This document shows, in pieces, positions 32,901 through 45,900 of a DNA stretch of 64,000 bases. The notes beneath the pieces are model-generated. The model saw only the letters and a program-made list of their open reading frames with translations, did no database searches and was not told the DNA's origin. Location: NCBI GenBank assembly GCA_000708835.1, contig DF237107.1, forward strand, positions 62,001-126,000. Reading direction: 5' to 3'. This DNA is from Klebsormidium nitens (lineage: Eukaryota; Plantae; Klebsormidiophyceae). The position numbers were made by a program, and so were the translations under genes. Positions within the stretch are counted from its first letter, which is position 1. Each line of letters begins with the position of its first letter.

Positions 32901-35900
32901 GCAGCCGCTTCAGCGCCGCGGGCAGCTTCTGGTCGAACGTCTGGTAGACGCGCTCACCGCCGGTGCGGCTGCGAGCAGGGGGACGAGGGGGTCAGTGACG
33001 AAGAGAAAGTCATAATGAGGCTTAGATCTGGCGGCTAAGAACTGTTCCTTCTTTACCTCGCTGAGAACAGTCAAAGGAAAGACGAGACAGATATTGAGCG
33101 GGCCGTATTTTGTGATTTTGAAACAACAGATACTCGAAGGCTCGTAATCTGACCACCGGGGAATGAGGGGGGAGATGTAGGAAAAGGTTCTTGAGAAGCT
33201 CTGTATCAAAGAGTAGGTCGAGGAAACGCGGACGGACGTGTCTGACTTTTGGAGGACGAGGTGGTGATTCCCGCAGTCTACAGATGCAACCACCTACTAA
33301 CGGACTTCAAAAAGATGGCGGCGCGCCTGAAACTGAAATTGCATCGGCTTTGCAGTGTAGCCGGAAACCGCAGAGTATGGCCAGCAACAAAAGCAAGACT
33401 TTGCAATAGCTGAGCCTCACCCTCCGTCCAAGTGGCTCTTAAAGACGTGGTCGAACGCCCGGCACAGCTCCAGGATGGAGTAGAGCTGCGCGCCCGCGTC
33501 GCCTGCGATGGGGCGGCCCAGCGTGTCCAGCTCGGACTCGAGGTTGTCGATGCTGGAGTTGATGAGCGACTGGATGCCGGGGATGCGCGACTTGATGACT
33601 TGCTCCAAGTACTGCGGAGGAACCAGGGGCGTTTTAGTAAGAGGAGACGGAGTGATTTCGAAACTTCTGTCAAGTAGGAGTGTTGCGGGTATCCAGCTCG
33701 GATAGGAGGTTGTCGACGCTGGAGTTGATGAGCGACTGGATGCCCGGGATGCGCGACTTGATCACTTGCTCCAGGTACTGAGGAACGGCGAGAGGCGTTT
33801 TAGTAAGAGGAGACGGAGTGATTATTTTGGACCTTTTTCATGAGTAGGGATGATGCGAGATTTCTCTGAAATGTCTGGCGGACTTGAAGTTGTCAATGCT
33901 CGAGCTGTGAGCGACTGGATGCCAGGGATGCGCGACTTGATGACTTGCTCCAGGTACTGGGGGGAAGCGAGGGGCGTGTTAGACGGATTCAGCGAGAATA
34001 GGCTTCAGCAACACAGCTGTTTGCGTCAAACCTGCCATCGGGTTTCAAAACCGTCCGATCGACGTCAAGGCAAGCATCGAACGGGTCTATATCAGGAACC
34101 ATGCTCGGAACATGGGAAACCCGATGGCAATCTTGACGCAAACAGCTGTAGTAAGCGAACCAGCCTGGGATCCGGTTTGCAATGAAGCAGCGGCGGATCG
34201 AACCTGTCAAGCTTTGCCTTACTTCAAGGCTCTGTATCTATGAGGGCACAAAAGATGCCTCTTCTAAGCAGTTGGGACGCTTCAAAGTCCGGAGTGCCTT
34301 TGCAAGCGGCGCCCCACCTTGCTGAGCTGCTTGGCGAGGTACTCGCTGCCCATGCGCGAGCTGAGGTGCGAGTACTCGGGGCTGCTCGAAAAGAACTCGC
34401 GCTCGCGGCGGCGCGCGCTCATCATGTCCGTGTTCTTGTTGATGTCCTGCTGCGAGCGGTTCACGACGCCGATCCACGGGTGCTGCAGCCGGTACGACCG
34501 ACCCTCCAGCACCTGTGAGGGTCCGTAGGTATCCAGTTAGGAGAAGTCCGGCAGGACATCAAAAAAGCTTGTCGAAAAAGAAGATAAAGCCTGAGATTCT
34601 CGTTCAGGCGGAGAAAGTCCAAGGGTGCTGCAGTTGGTACGACCGCCCCTCCAGCACCTGAGCATGTCCACAAACAACCAGTCCGGCCGACAATCAAAGA
34701 CGCTCGTTGGAAAACAATAAACTTTTTAAGTTCCAGTCAGGCGGAGAGAAACCAAGTTGGCTGCAGGCGGTATGACCAGCCCTCCAGCATGTGCACGTCC
34801 ATAAACCACCACGTCATGAGACCACCATCCAACGTAAGGAAACGTTCGTCCGAAAGAAGCGTGCTTCGACCACTTTACCAAAAAGGAGAAGGTTGGCCAA
34901 AGAAACCCGAGAGACATGTATGGATAGTAAAGGGAAGTGCTTTGTCGAACAGACACCCAAAAGGACAAATATCAGAACCTTTTGGTCTGAAAAGAATGAG
35001 AATCGAGGAGGAAGCTCACAGTCGGCCAGATCGAAATAACAACCTTGGAGTTAAGCTCGAATCACCTTCTCCCTAGCCCAATTCTTGCAATCGACACTCT
35101 CAGTGATCGTCGTCAAACCCTCGGTCAGAAAGATGGCCTTCGCATCTCAACCGGTGCAGAAATTGAGCAGTGTGCGAGCATACAAAAAACGAGACAGCTC
35201 ACATCGAGCGCATTGGTTCCCTTGTCCATCAGATCCAGTTTGGTGAGCACTCCCCACGTCCTCTCTCCAGTTGGGTCCACCTCGCGAGCCATCTTGATCG
35301 CATCCGACGTGGCAATGTCCTGATTGGCTGGGGAGATGGCCAGGATGATCGAGTTGGGCTGCACACGGGAAGTGGGATGACGTCACACCTTGCGAATCAT
35401 TGCCTCTGAGGTACAAACAGAATATGCCTCAGATGAGCAATAGACGACTGCCTTGATGTAGAATCTACCAATGACTTGTCACACTGGCTGCAAATCTCAG
35501 GGCGACACTCGATTACGAATATGTGGACCTCGATGCAGCACACTACGGAAGGCATTAGAAAGTAATACCCTTTCTTGTTCTGCACTAAGTGACTATCGAT
35601 GTTGAAGCCCTGCCTAACGGACGGGGGGAGTGCCAGAGCCATATTGACGAGAGGTATGATCGGTTGTCTGATTCGTGTATGTACAACCTTTCTGCACCGT
35701 CCATTAACAACCAGAGCACCAGCTGCACCTTCAAGGTCCTGAGTCATTGAAAAGGAGGAAGGCGTTGCTATGGATCCTACCTTTTCAACATAGGACCGGA
35801 CCATGGCCTCGATTTCAGTAACGATGCTCTCTGGTTGGCCATCTGCAAGAACAACGATTCCCTTGTAAGGAAGTTCTTGACGGCGCCTTTGACAAGTGCA

Positions 35901-38356
35901 TACTCACCGATTAAGAGTTTGAAGCAGCGAAAGAAAGGTTGAGTATCTTTCTCAAAGGTCTCGTGGCTGTAAATACCCGGGTCCCATCTTTGGCAGGTCA
36001 GTTAAGAATTAAACCACAGACGAAACCTGGGCATGCGTGCACAAAGTTATAACGTTTTTTCATAACTTTCACGCTTGCTTTCTTTGTCAGCCTTTTTCTT
36101 GTTGGAAGACCTCAAAGCAGATCAAAGGGAGGTCTTCCATCATTTAGACTCACACCAGTTGAAGCAAATTGGAAGAAGAACGTGAACAAAGCCGCCATGG
36201 TTATCGTGCTAACGAGTTTTTTTGGGTCTAGGCACTTTTTGCCTCGAACAGCGTAAATCGTTCGATCTTCCAGCTGGCGGCTTCCAGTTTCATCGCCGGA
36301 GCTCGAAAATTGGCGACTTGCCAAAGATGGTACTGCAGTCTAACAGCCACGAGGGTTTTGAAGGGGGCTACTTAAAGGTAAGCACTCCTCACTGGAAGTT
36401 ACGCATAAGGCTCACAACCAGTCGCAGTCTCTTTGCTGGATTGATGAGAAGGCAATCCATTCCGACATTCAAGCACATGGCTGGCTCAATGGAGGGTTCC
36501 TGCTCACCGACGGCGTTTTTTGTGAGCCCGGGCAGGTCCATCAGCGTCAGGTTCACAACTGCATGCAATGATGGACATCGTCAGGATTGCAAATGAGAGA
36601 GCGTTCATGCATATCAAGCGACAAGAACCACCTCACATAACACCAGGCTTTGAATTCCAGCTTCAAAGCATTTAGAGACCTGGAGCCCCACAAGCAGAAA
36701 GATAGAGTCTAGAGATAAAAGGGCCTTGTCTCCTTGATTGTTGGTGCTGGGGCCTTACCATTGGGTGAGTATATTGAGAGGTGGATGGGAACAGGGGAGA
36801 CGTTACGCCCAGGGCCTGTCACTCTCGCCGTCTCGTCCTCGATCTCCTTACGAACAGCCGCTGTTGCCAGACAACGAGACAGCTCGTCAGCACCCTCTTA
36901 TCCACCCAACGCTGTTTTTTTCTCACACAGCGATCACCAAACGAGCAATGAATTGATGCAGCTACTGCAAGCTAGCTAAAACCAAGTCATACACCTTAGC
37001 GCTGAGCTTCTAACTTCTACAAGCTAGCTGAAACCAAGTCATACACCTACTTCCTGAGCTCCTGATCTGGAACTGTGAGGAAGAAAGGCGCACAAGATGA
37101 TTATCTGAGATATGGGTGCTACAGTGCTGCCACGAACTCGAAAATGAGCAAGAGCATGCCCAAATTGCACTGTAATCAATCAACTGGATCTCTTCTAATT
37201 TGGCATGAAAACGTGAAGCCCCACCAAACTGTCCTGCTCAATCACCCGTTGCCTGACTGACACTTGGATACCACAAACTCTCAAGCTTGCTCCAGGTGAG
37301 ACCCAAATTCCAAAGCACTGGTAGCGTGTCCGTTTCCGGACCAGATGCCCTACCATAGCGAGCTGAAAGCAGAGACACTGAGACGCTAAAGACATCGGAC
37401 TCACCGTAATCAGTAAACCGCTTCCTCGGGGCATGCATGAACTCTGCATACTCCTGAGCTGAGGCCCCATCCTCCGACTCCGTCTTATGCAGCTGCAGCA
37501 CGAGGGGCCTCCTCGTGACAATGCCTATGCAAGACATTCGTATGAGATGTGAGGCTTCTTCTGATGACTTGGATAGCCAGGATTATAATCTGTTTGGAAA
37601 GCGTCCATGGTGCGAACCCCCTTTCATGCTCTGGAACAATTCCTGCTCAAGGAATGGAACCTGCGACTTCCTTGCATGAGCGGCGCAAAAGCTGAGTCTG
37701 CTTTGTTGACAGCCATTACTGTATTGGGCGGAATTGCAGCCAGCAGAAGGGGACGTACTCCTTTTCCGCGGTGGACTTACATGCCATGCAAGTGAAGCTA
37801 TCCTCCGAGAGAGTCCACGAGAACCACACCCTCTAGCTGCTGACACCAATCAAAGCAACAGAGACAGACAAAGCAGAGGTCCTTCCTTACCTGAACCACG
37901 GGGAAGGAAATCCCTGCCAACAATGCTCTCCAGGACCGATGACTTTCCCGAACTTTGACCACCTGCAAAATGACAGGTGGGGAGGATTCAGTTCTCGCTT
38001 CGATTAGCCCGCAAAGACAGCTTCATAGAGCTGCCGGAAGCCCCGAGAAAGTCACGAAGCTTGTCCTGCTAGCTGCTATTGAATGAGGAGGCACTCAGCC
38101 AGCTGACTCCACAAGCAGGGTGCAAGTCGGCTCTGATACTACTGCTGATACAGTATCGCCAAGTCAAGTAATCCGCAGAATCTAGTCCGGGACCAAAGCT
38201 TTTGACCGTCTAAGTGCAGCTCAACTCACCCAAAACCACCACAGACGGAAGACTTTCCCATAGCGTTGGCAGTGCATTTGCACTCTCCCCTCCATAATCC
38301 CCCAGCGCTGTGCATGCTCGTTGGAGCCGATTCACAAGACCAATGAGGCTATCCAT
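29946..38356 (-). CDS. DRP1: Dynamin-related protein 1 (phragmoplastin/ADL1 type)
   Basis: 14 exons: 38230-38356, 37891-37962, 37405-37524, 36759-36860, 36508-36558, 35781-35842, 35203-35358, 34318-34512, 33421-33611, 32743-32968, 32023-32187, 31380-31521, 30548-30687, 29946-30074. Motifs: [50 protein letters not shown] ending [12 protein letters not shown]. No PH or PRD domain. Confidence 0.95.
33540..33980 (-). repeat. Three ~170-bp tandem copies of the DRP1 exon-9 acceptor junction
   Basis: CAG|TAC(T/C)TGGAGCAAGT(C/G)ATCAAGTCGCGCATCCC occurs with AG at 33613 (true), 33779 and 33958. Confidence 0.9.
34013..34149. repeat. 34-bp inverted repeat (31/34 match) within DRP1 intron 8
   Basis: ACAGCTGTTTGCGTCAAaccTGCCATCGGGTTTC at 34013-34046 versus the reverse complement of 34116-34149, with a ~69-nt spacer. 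Confidence 0.85.
34480..34800 (-). repeat. Three ~140-bp tandem copies of the DRP1 exon-8 acceptor junction
   Basis: CAG|GTGCTGGAGGG..GGTCGTACC occurs with AG at 34514 (true) and 34659. A third copy near 34790 has lost the AG. Confidence 0.85.
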
Positions 38357-39967
38357 CCTTCACTCCTGGTTGCAGGGCCCCTGAATCGCTGCTTCTACTG
38401 CGAAAGGAGATCTGAGCAATCATGAGTCGCTGTGCATTAGTGACCAGGAAAGGATTCAGAGCGCCGGCTCTATGCCCGCACTTTACACCTGAAACTGATA
38501 GGATTCTGCAAGCTTATGAACGACGGCTGAGTGTCACAGAAGATTGATGCATGATGAATGCTGCCTGAGACAGAACCCTAATGTTAATACAGATGCGTAT
38601 GCAAATGCCTCTGAAAGCCATGCTTTTGAGATCTGATAAGTACATAGGCAATGCCTGGAATGCCCAAAAACCGCGCCTTCTTCTATTGGCTTGCGCAGAT
38701 CAACACAAACGGCTCTCAACTCACACCCATGCCACAGGTTGGCAATCAGGAACCGACTATGTTACCCATTGCAGTGCATGCTGGACATGGCTACGCAATA
38801 TTTCTGCGCCGATCCAATAGGAACGTGGTCCATCTTAAACAACAGAATCCAACATTGAAACGCCGCTAACTAATCACAACATGCTCTGGAAGGCCTAAAT
38901 CTGCAGCTAAGGGCTAAGAAAGATAATGATCAGTTGCTTTAGAACAACTAAGACACAGCCTGGCGCTCCCATATCGAACTGCTGTCGTGAGCGAACAAGA
39001 AAAATCGACGGGCACTACTCCAGCCATCCTTGCCCTCCCTTTTCTACCTGCACTTCTGCCACAAGCATGCCGCGCAAACATGATGCCCAACCAGACCAGC
39101 CCTTGGACACCGGACGCAATCGTCAATTGCGGATTGCCCCTAGTCAACCATAGAGCAAACCTTCAGATCTATGGGCAAAAGCCAGATTAGCCTTGGCAAC
39201 ACCAGCACTAAGCAAAATCTCAAACAGTCCTGCTCAGTTGAGACCCTCAACCAAGTGGCTTGGAGGTGAAATGGCTCGCAGTTGTACTCACATATCCTAT
39301 TTCAGGCAGCCAGCGCTTGTTCACTCCGTCTAAACCCAAACCTGCTCGGAGCCCTGCTCTCAGACTAACGAATTCGATTGGAATCACTTCTCGTCCAAAT
39401 CTTCAGCAAAAAGCTCCGTGGAACAGATCAGAGCAGACGAATGGCGGCTCGATCAGCAATGGGCGCCTGAGGCTGAAGGCTGAAGGCTGAAATCTGAAAG
39501 ACGCTCTCCCGCAACGAGCCGTTGCAACTGCAATTTGCCTTCCAGATTCCACGCAATTCCTGGAGTGCAGACCAGCCAGACCTGTTCATTCCGCACGTCA
39601 GGCAATTGGCAAAATGTCTCTAAATATATTCGCTTGATATTGGCAGCATTTTGAGTGGCTTCTTCATCGTTACATACTTTTTGAAGACACAGCCAGTGTC
39701 GATCCAGTCACAATGATCGTTAAATTGGCCTAGGGTCAGTTTGTCATAAGCGCTTGAGAAAGCCGCTTTGCTTCCAGAGGTTCGTGACATCGATACGCTG
39801 GCCCAGGTGGGCGCACACTTGATAAGTTCGAAGGCGAACCACCTTCATAAGTTCATTGTCAAGGCTTGAGTTGCGTACAGCCTTTCAACTTCAAGACGCC
39901 TTCGCTTGCTTGGGTGGAGTACATAAGATTTTATGGGGGCCACGTTCCTACCAGGCCAACATAGAAC

Positions 39968-42900
39968 ATGGAGCTGACAACTGCACGGACTTCGCTCCCT
40001 GGTTCCTGGCATGTTCGCAATGCTGGTTTTACGCAGCGATCCACTGCCCATTGCTTACTTTCGCATCACTGCTTTGAAGGTGACAAGCAGCTCTGGAGAC
40101 GAGCGCTCCAAAGAGTTTCAGTCGCACAGAAGTCTTGCTATTCTGGTCACTGGCTGGAGTCAAGCACGCAGTGTACACATCCTTCAGTGCAAGTAAGGGA
40201 TGCACTTTGTACCACCAGGACCAAGCGCCCCTTTCTGAGCAGCGCCAGGGAGAGCTTCAGAAGAACCTCCGCACGAGCTTCTGGAGAAGCAGTAATCCCA
40301 TCATCAAGCTCCGAGCTCCAGAGCGCTGAAAACCCTGAGACTCTGAAGCCTTCTCCCTTATTGGAGAATGATCCTAACAATCGGACTGCAGCCGAAGAAG
40401 CGCTGGAGATGCTTGAGTGGGACAGGATCTGCAGCACGGTTGCGACATTTGCGTCAACTTCTTCCGGTCAGCAGCTGGCGGGAGTGTTGCTTCTCCCAGA
40501 CACTCAGGAGGGCAGCGAGGCGCTACTCGGAGAGACGGCGGCGGCGCTGACTTTGGACGCGAGCGCGAGTGGGGACTGTCTGGACTTTGGACGGATTGGC
40601 ACCAAGGCGGCTGACTATGGCCTTTATAAGGCTCGAAAGGGCGTGCCGATGTCAGGTGAGGGGATTGGACTCTTGGCCACCAAGCGTAAGCCCTTCATGG
40701 GGCTGCTTGATAAGCCAGGAGTGGTGGTACTAGATAAGGACAAGTCTTGCTTAAAAAGTCCAGGTGAGGTGCCTAGTTCTTAGCACCTGGTCAGAAGTTT
40801 TGGATGCACGTTTGCTTTTATTTGACTCTGAACATTGGGGAGGATGCTGATGAGACAATGTGCCGGTGATGAGTGGGTAAAAGTTCTTGTGTGTGGACAT
40901 CTCGGTATTGAAAGGCGGGTTTTCAGCATGCATGCATTAAGTTCAATGAAACCTGACAGCTTGGAGCTTGTCGCTGTCGCTTACTTTATAGACCACTGAG
41001 ATGAGAAGGGGTCAGGAAGCTCTCAAAGTATCAGAGACTTTTCCTGCTACCCCCCATTGCTCAACTCCCTTTCTGGCAAGGAGTTGGTTACTAGGCGGAA
41101 GAGGGAAGGTATCTTTCAAAGGCGGTCTACCACTTGCTGCAACCTAGACCGTCCTTTCTAAATCTTGTTTGTTCTTTCATCTTCGCTCTCATACCACTCC
41201 CCAGATCAAATGCTCCTCCTTTTCGGAGCAGGTTGTCAAACATTTCCAGAATGTTGAACCTCCAGACATAAGAAGAGGCATCTCATCACTATACTATGCA
41301 AACATCTTCCTTATTTCTGTATCTGCAATCTGGAAATGTTTCTCCGCGCACTCCTTGCAGGTCGGGAGTTGCGCCTCACTGCAGCAGTCCTCTCCGCCTC
41401 TGACCGCCTCCTCCGGGGGGTCACGAGCGCAATCCGCCTGGAAGAACGCGACTTAGCCCTTCGGCGGGCCCCCTCGGGATGGGGAGATTTCTCCGAGCCC
41501 CCCCCTCCCCCGGCCCCTTCCCTCCAACCTCTTATGATCCTCGTGCAAGCGATCATGCCGCACCCAGAGATCGTGAAAGCGATCGACAACGTGGTCGATG
41601 AGATGGGGGAAATCAAAGATTCTGCGAGCGCAGAATTGAGGAAAGCGCGCCAGCAGGTTCAGTCGGCGGAGGAGCGATTGAAAGAGCTTCTGGGGGGGTT
41701 CTCGGATCGGGGGGGGAAGGTCGTGGTCCAGAACGACCGGATGTGTCTGGCGATCAACTCGGCGTTCCGGGAGACAGTCCCCGGGCTGTTGATTGGTTCG
41801 GGGGGTGACGGGAGCCTGTTCGTGGAGCCCCCCGCCGCGGTGGCGCTCAACAATAAGCTCGCGGAGGCGAGGCGGGCGGCGACCGCGGCTGAGGATGCGG
41901 TCAGGAAGGCGATAACCGAGCGGTTGACCCCGTGGTTAGACGACATAACCGCGGCGATGGGGATTTTGGTGAAGGTGGACGTGATTGCGGCGAGGGCCAG
42001 GTGTGCTCGGTGGCTGAAGGCAGCGAAACCGACTTTCGTGAAGATTGTCGAAGAGAAGAAGGAGGTCGTGAGGGAAAAGGTGAAACGGCCGGAAGAGAAC
42101 AAGTACGCTAGTCTGGCTGACAAGACCCCTGAGGAAGAAACCGTTTCTGAGGATGAAGAGGCTGCAGTAAGTACTGCGGGGTGGGGCGTCACCGAGAGCG
42201 ATACCGGGAGCAGCGATGACGAGAGCGCGTCGGATGAAGACGAGAGCCCCGAGGGGGATCCCCCTAAGAAGCGCATCTTCTCAGAGAGTCCCGAATTTCT
42301 CGTCCGGCTAGAGAAGGCGCGCCACCCGCTGCTCGTACTGCAGCACCAAGACGCGCTCAAAAAGGCGAAGCAGAAAGTCAAGTCGCGCGCCGCGGCGCTG
42401 AAGCGCGCGAAGCAGCGGGGCATGTTTGGTGTCGGCCGCGCCGTCTCGCTCGAGTCTCTCGAAGCCTCCCTCCGATCCGCCGAGCAAGAAGAAAGCGAAC
42501 TCGCGGCGTCACCCCCGATCCCGATCGACGTATTGATCCGGTCCGAGACGCGAGTCGTCGCAATTACGGGGCCGAACACGGGCGGCAAAACGGCGGCAAT
42601 CAAAACGCTCGGGTTGGCGGCGCTTATGGCGAAAGCGGGGCTGTTCGTGCCGGCGAGCGAGCCGGTTCTGCTGCCGTGGTTCGACTCGGTGTTGTGCGAC
42701 ATTGGGGATGACCAGTCGCTGGTGCAGAGCTTGTCGACGTTCTCGGGGCACCTTCGCAGGATCAAGGTATGTCTTCTTGCTTTGCTGTGTCAGTCTCTTT
42801 ACGAACTCGACTTCATCTTGGACTTTGAGGGGGATTTCATGTCGGTCGACAAGTGAGCCTCCCCTTGACAAGTGGGCCTCTCCTTAGTAGGTAGGTATAT

Positions 42901-45900
42901 TAGGCCAAATGAGGAACCTGCGTCCTGCTCACAAACGGCAGAGGAACATCTTCTTCCAGATTGATCTGAGGACCGACGTTCAAACCTGAGGTTCGCCTTC
43001 CTATTCCTGAAGGCCGAACGAACGGCCCTCCACGGCCCCTTCCGCAGTACTCGCAAGGTCTCCTTGCAGGCTACAGAAAGCACTTTCATTTTCTTATCCA
43101 CTGTCGCATCTTCGTGCTGCAGCGCATCAAGGCCGAGTCCACTGCGCGCTTCTTGGTCTTCCTCGACTAGATTCGCCATCTGGACGGCCCCTGTACGGCC
43201 CTTTCCGCTGCAGCCTCGGGGTTCCTTTGAATTTCCAAAGTGCTCGACTTTCATTACTCACTTACTGGCGTTTCCGTCCTGCAGCGCATTAAGGCCGAAT
43301 CTACCGCGCGCTCTCTGGTCCTCCTCGACGAGGTGGGCGGGGGGACGGACCCGACAGAGGGCGCTGCCCTGGGCATGGCCCTCCTGCAGGTAAGTTTCAC
43401 AATTAAGAATAGGTAAAGCGGCAGAGTTGATAAGCTAACCACTTTAGGGGAAGGGTGGGGTTGATCTGGTAGTTCAGGGTGGGTACGGGTGCGGAGCAGG
43501 TAAAGTCTTGCGTTACCGTTTCGTCGTAGTTTAGCATATGTGTTTCGAAGCTTATCATAGGTACTTCCGAGCAAAGTGCCACCTTCCATGGTAAACTCAT
43601 TGTACATTAGTCAGCCTGCTGATGAGTAGAATCAACATACATTAGTTGACATGTAATCTGGCAAGTTGCTCGGAAGATGCTTTGTTGCTAAGTTCCACTG
43701 TCATTCCTTGCAGTCCTTCGCCGAGCAGCGCCCCGGGGGATCCCTCCTGACTCTCGCTACGACCCACCACGGGGAGCTGAAGACGCTCAAGTACTCGGAC
43801 CCGCGCTTCGAGAACGCGTGCGTCGAGTTCGACGAGGCGCGGCTGGCGCCCACGTTCCGGCTGCTCTGGGGGATCCCCGGTGAGTGGTGGGAGGCGATCG
43901 TGAATTGTGTAGATTGATTGGACGGCTTGTGGCAGAGTTCTGGGAGAGTGAAGCTGCTACAGTTCCGGAATGGCTCGAAGCGTCTGGTGCGGATGAGACA
44001 TTGCCAAAGTGCACATTCGGACCGTCCGGAGGCTCCGTTTGTTCATCTGTATGGTCCAGTCGTGCGGTCGGCTTCAGTCAGGTGGCTACATTCGACTGAA
44101 CGTACCGCAATGCTCACTTGAAAGGGCTGCTTGGCATCTGCATCCGATGCGTGTGCCGGCCCCCGTGATATGCATCCGTCACGCTCTTCTGCAATCTGCG
44201 TTCGTGCAGATTGACCGCCTGCTTTGCCCAATCGTGCCTTGGTCGTGTTGCGGGGCCTTTGTAAGTCGGCTGGCGTCATCCCGTTCAGGCCGATTGGTTG
44301 CGCGCTTCTCGTCTGAACTGCTCCGTCTAACCATCAGCTCCTCACTTGCTTCTCGTCAGCTTCTCACTCTGCTGACATCGTATCCAACAGGCCGATCGAA
44401 CGCGCTGAACATCGCGGAGCGGTTGGGTTTGGACGGGCGCATCATTAGCGAGGCGCGGAACCTGCATGGGGAGGCGAATCTGGAGGCCAGCGAAGTGAGC
44501 TGGCGGCTCTTTTCCTTTCCTTCCATTGGTTTAGTACTTCACTTTCGGGTCGGAAGGGGTTATGAGGGCGTTTGTCTCGAGCCTATTTAATACAGGGTCA
44601 ATATGTTGCAGCGCCAGTCTGCGATGCATCAGGTGCGAACTTTGCGCATTTCGACGATACACTGGTATCCGTGCCTGTTCAGAACGTATCGAACATTCTG
44701 TCGAAAACACATGTTGTCCCTGCGTTGAAGGGCCCGAGTGGCTGTTGAAGACCAGCGTCGGCTACTGCGGTGCTCTCGATGTTCAACGCCGACTTCGATT
44801 TCACCCTGCAAGCGTGATGCGTAGTTGCAACAAGTCAGCTTTCAGCATACGAGTTGATATTCAGCGCCAAAGCGCCAATGCAACCACCTAAAGGAGCTAG
44901 TGGCGTCAGGTCATCCCGTCGGTGTGATATTTGTCAATGAGCGGTGGAATCTGTCAATGAGCGGTGGGAGGGCGAACACGAAGGCCTTGTCAATGTTTGT
45001 TTTGATTCCCCTAAGCTCCAGGAGCCCTACTGTGCCTTCAAGAACCTGGGCACTTGTGACGCTGTTGGCCTTTACGAGTCTCCAGAAGCAGATACGCAGA
45101 GGGGGGCAAAGAGAGTTCCGAAACTTTGCCATTGGTCGATATTGATGTATCTGAGAGTCTGTGCCATATGATATTTTTCGATGTTACTGTCGTCCAGCAC
45201 TAGTCATGACTAAAGTTCATCCCGTGCAGGCGATCTTGGACCTGGAGCGGCAGCGCAAAGCGTACGCTGAGGCCGTTGACGAGTCGGAGCGGCTCCTCAA
45301 GGAGGCGCGCCGCATGCAGCGGCAGCTCCTGGCGGTCGACAGGAGGCTCAAACAGCATCAGGTAACCGCGCTTTTGTGGTCCATGATTACGCTGAGACCG
45401 GCATCCACGGTTGAAATTTTGCTTCCAATCAATGCTTTTCAGGCCTTCTCGAAGTTCACCCCTCCAAGCAGTTGAGCAAAGGTGCAACGTTCCGCCAGAG
45501 AAGGGGGCATTCCCCCTTGTGCTGACTGTGATAAATCGCTTCTACGCCTGCTAATTATCAAGAGAACCAACAGCCATGTCCTGGACGTCAGCAGAGTCAA
45601 CAGGATGGAGCGCTGGTAGCTGGACAACTTTGCTGATGTGTGTGCTGCAAGAGGCATCGCACCTGTCGCTCTCTTTCCGAGGATCCAACGTTCCCCGTTT
45701 TGCATCTGAGTTGCTTTCGACTTCTCAGCCGCTTCCCATGAGACGTAGTTTATTCTAGTTTTGGGCAATGTCCACTCATGCTTAGACTGGTGCTCCTTGC
45801 GAGCTTAGGGAGTCGACTTGTTATCCTCCAGTCTGCGTGCAGTACCCTGATAGTCAAGAAAGTTTGTGCTCAACCCCGCTCTTGCAACGCCGTCGGTTCC

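Noticed and set aside
36962-37055. ~35-bp direct repeat (AAGCTAGCT.AAACCAAGTCATACACCT) in DRP1 intron 3
   Set aside because: Ordinary local tandem duplication not derived from an exon; low interest.
41659-42765. 368-aa antisense ORF (and similar antisense ORFs over DRP1, EMB1703-like and OMT exons)
   Set aside because: Shadow ORFs expected opposite GC3-rich coding exons.
45545-45700. Protein-like reading in MutS2 intron 6
   Set aside because: Contains an in-frame stop, and the flanking exons already join in phase without it.
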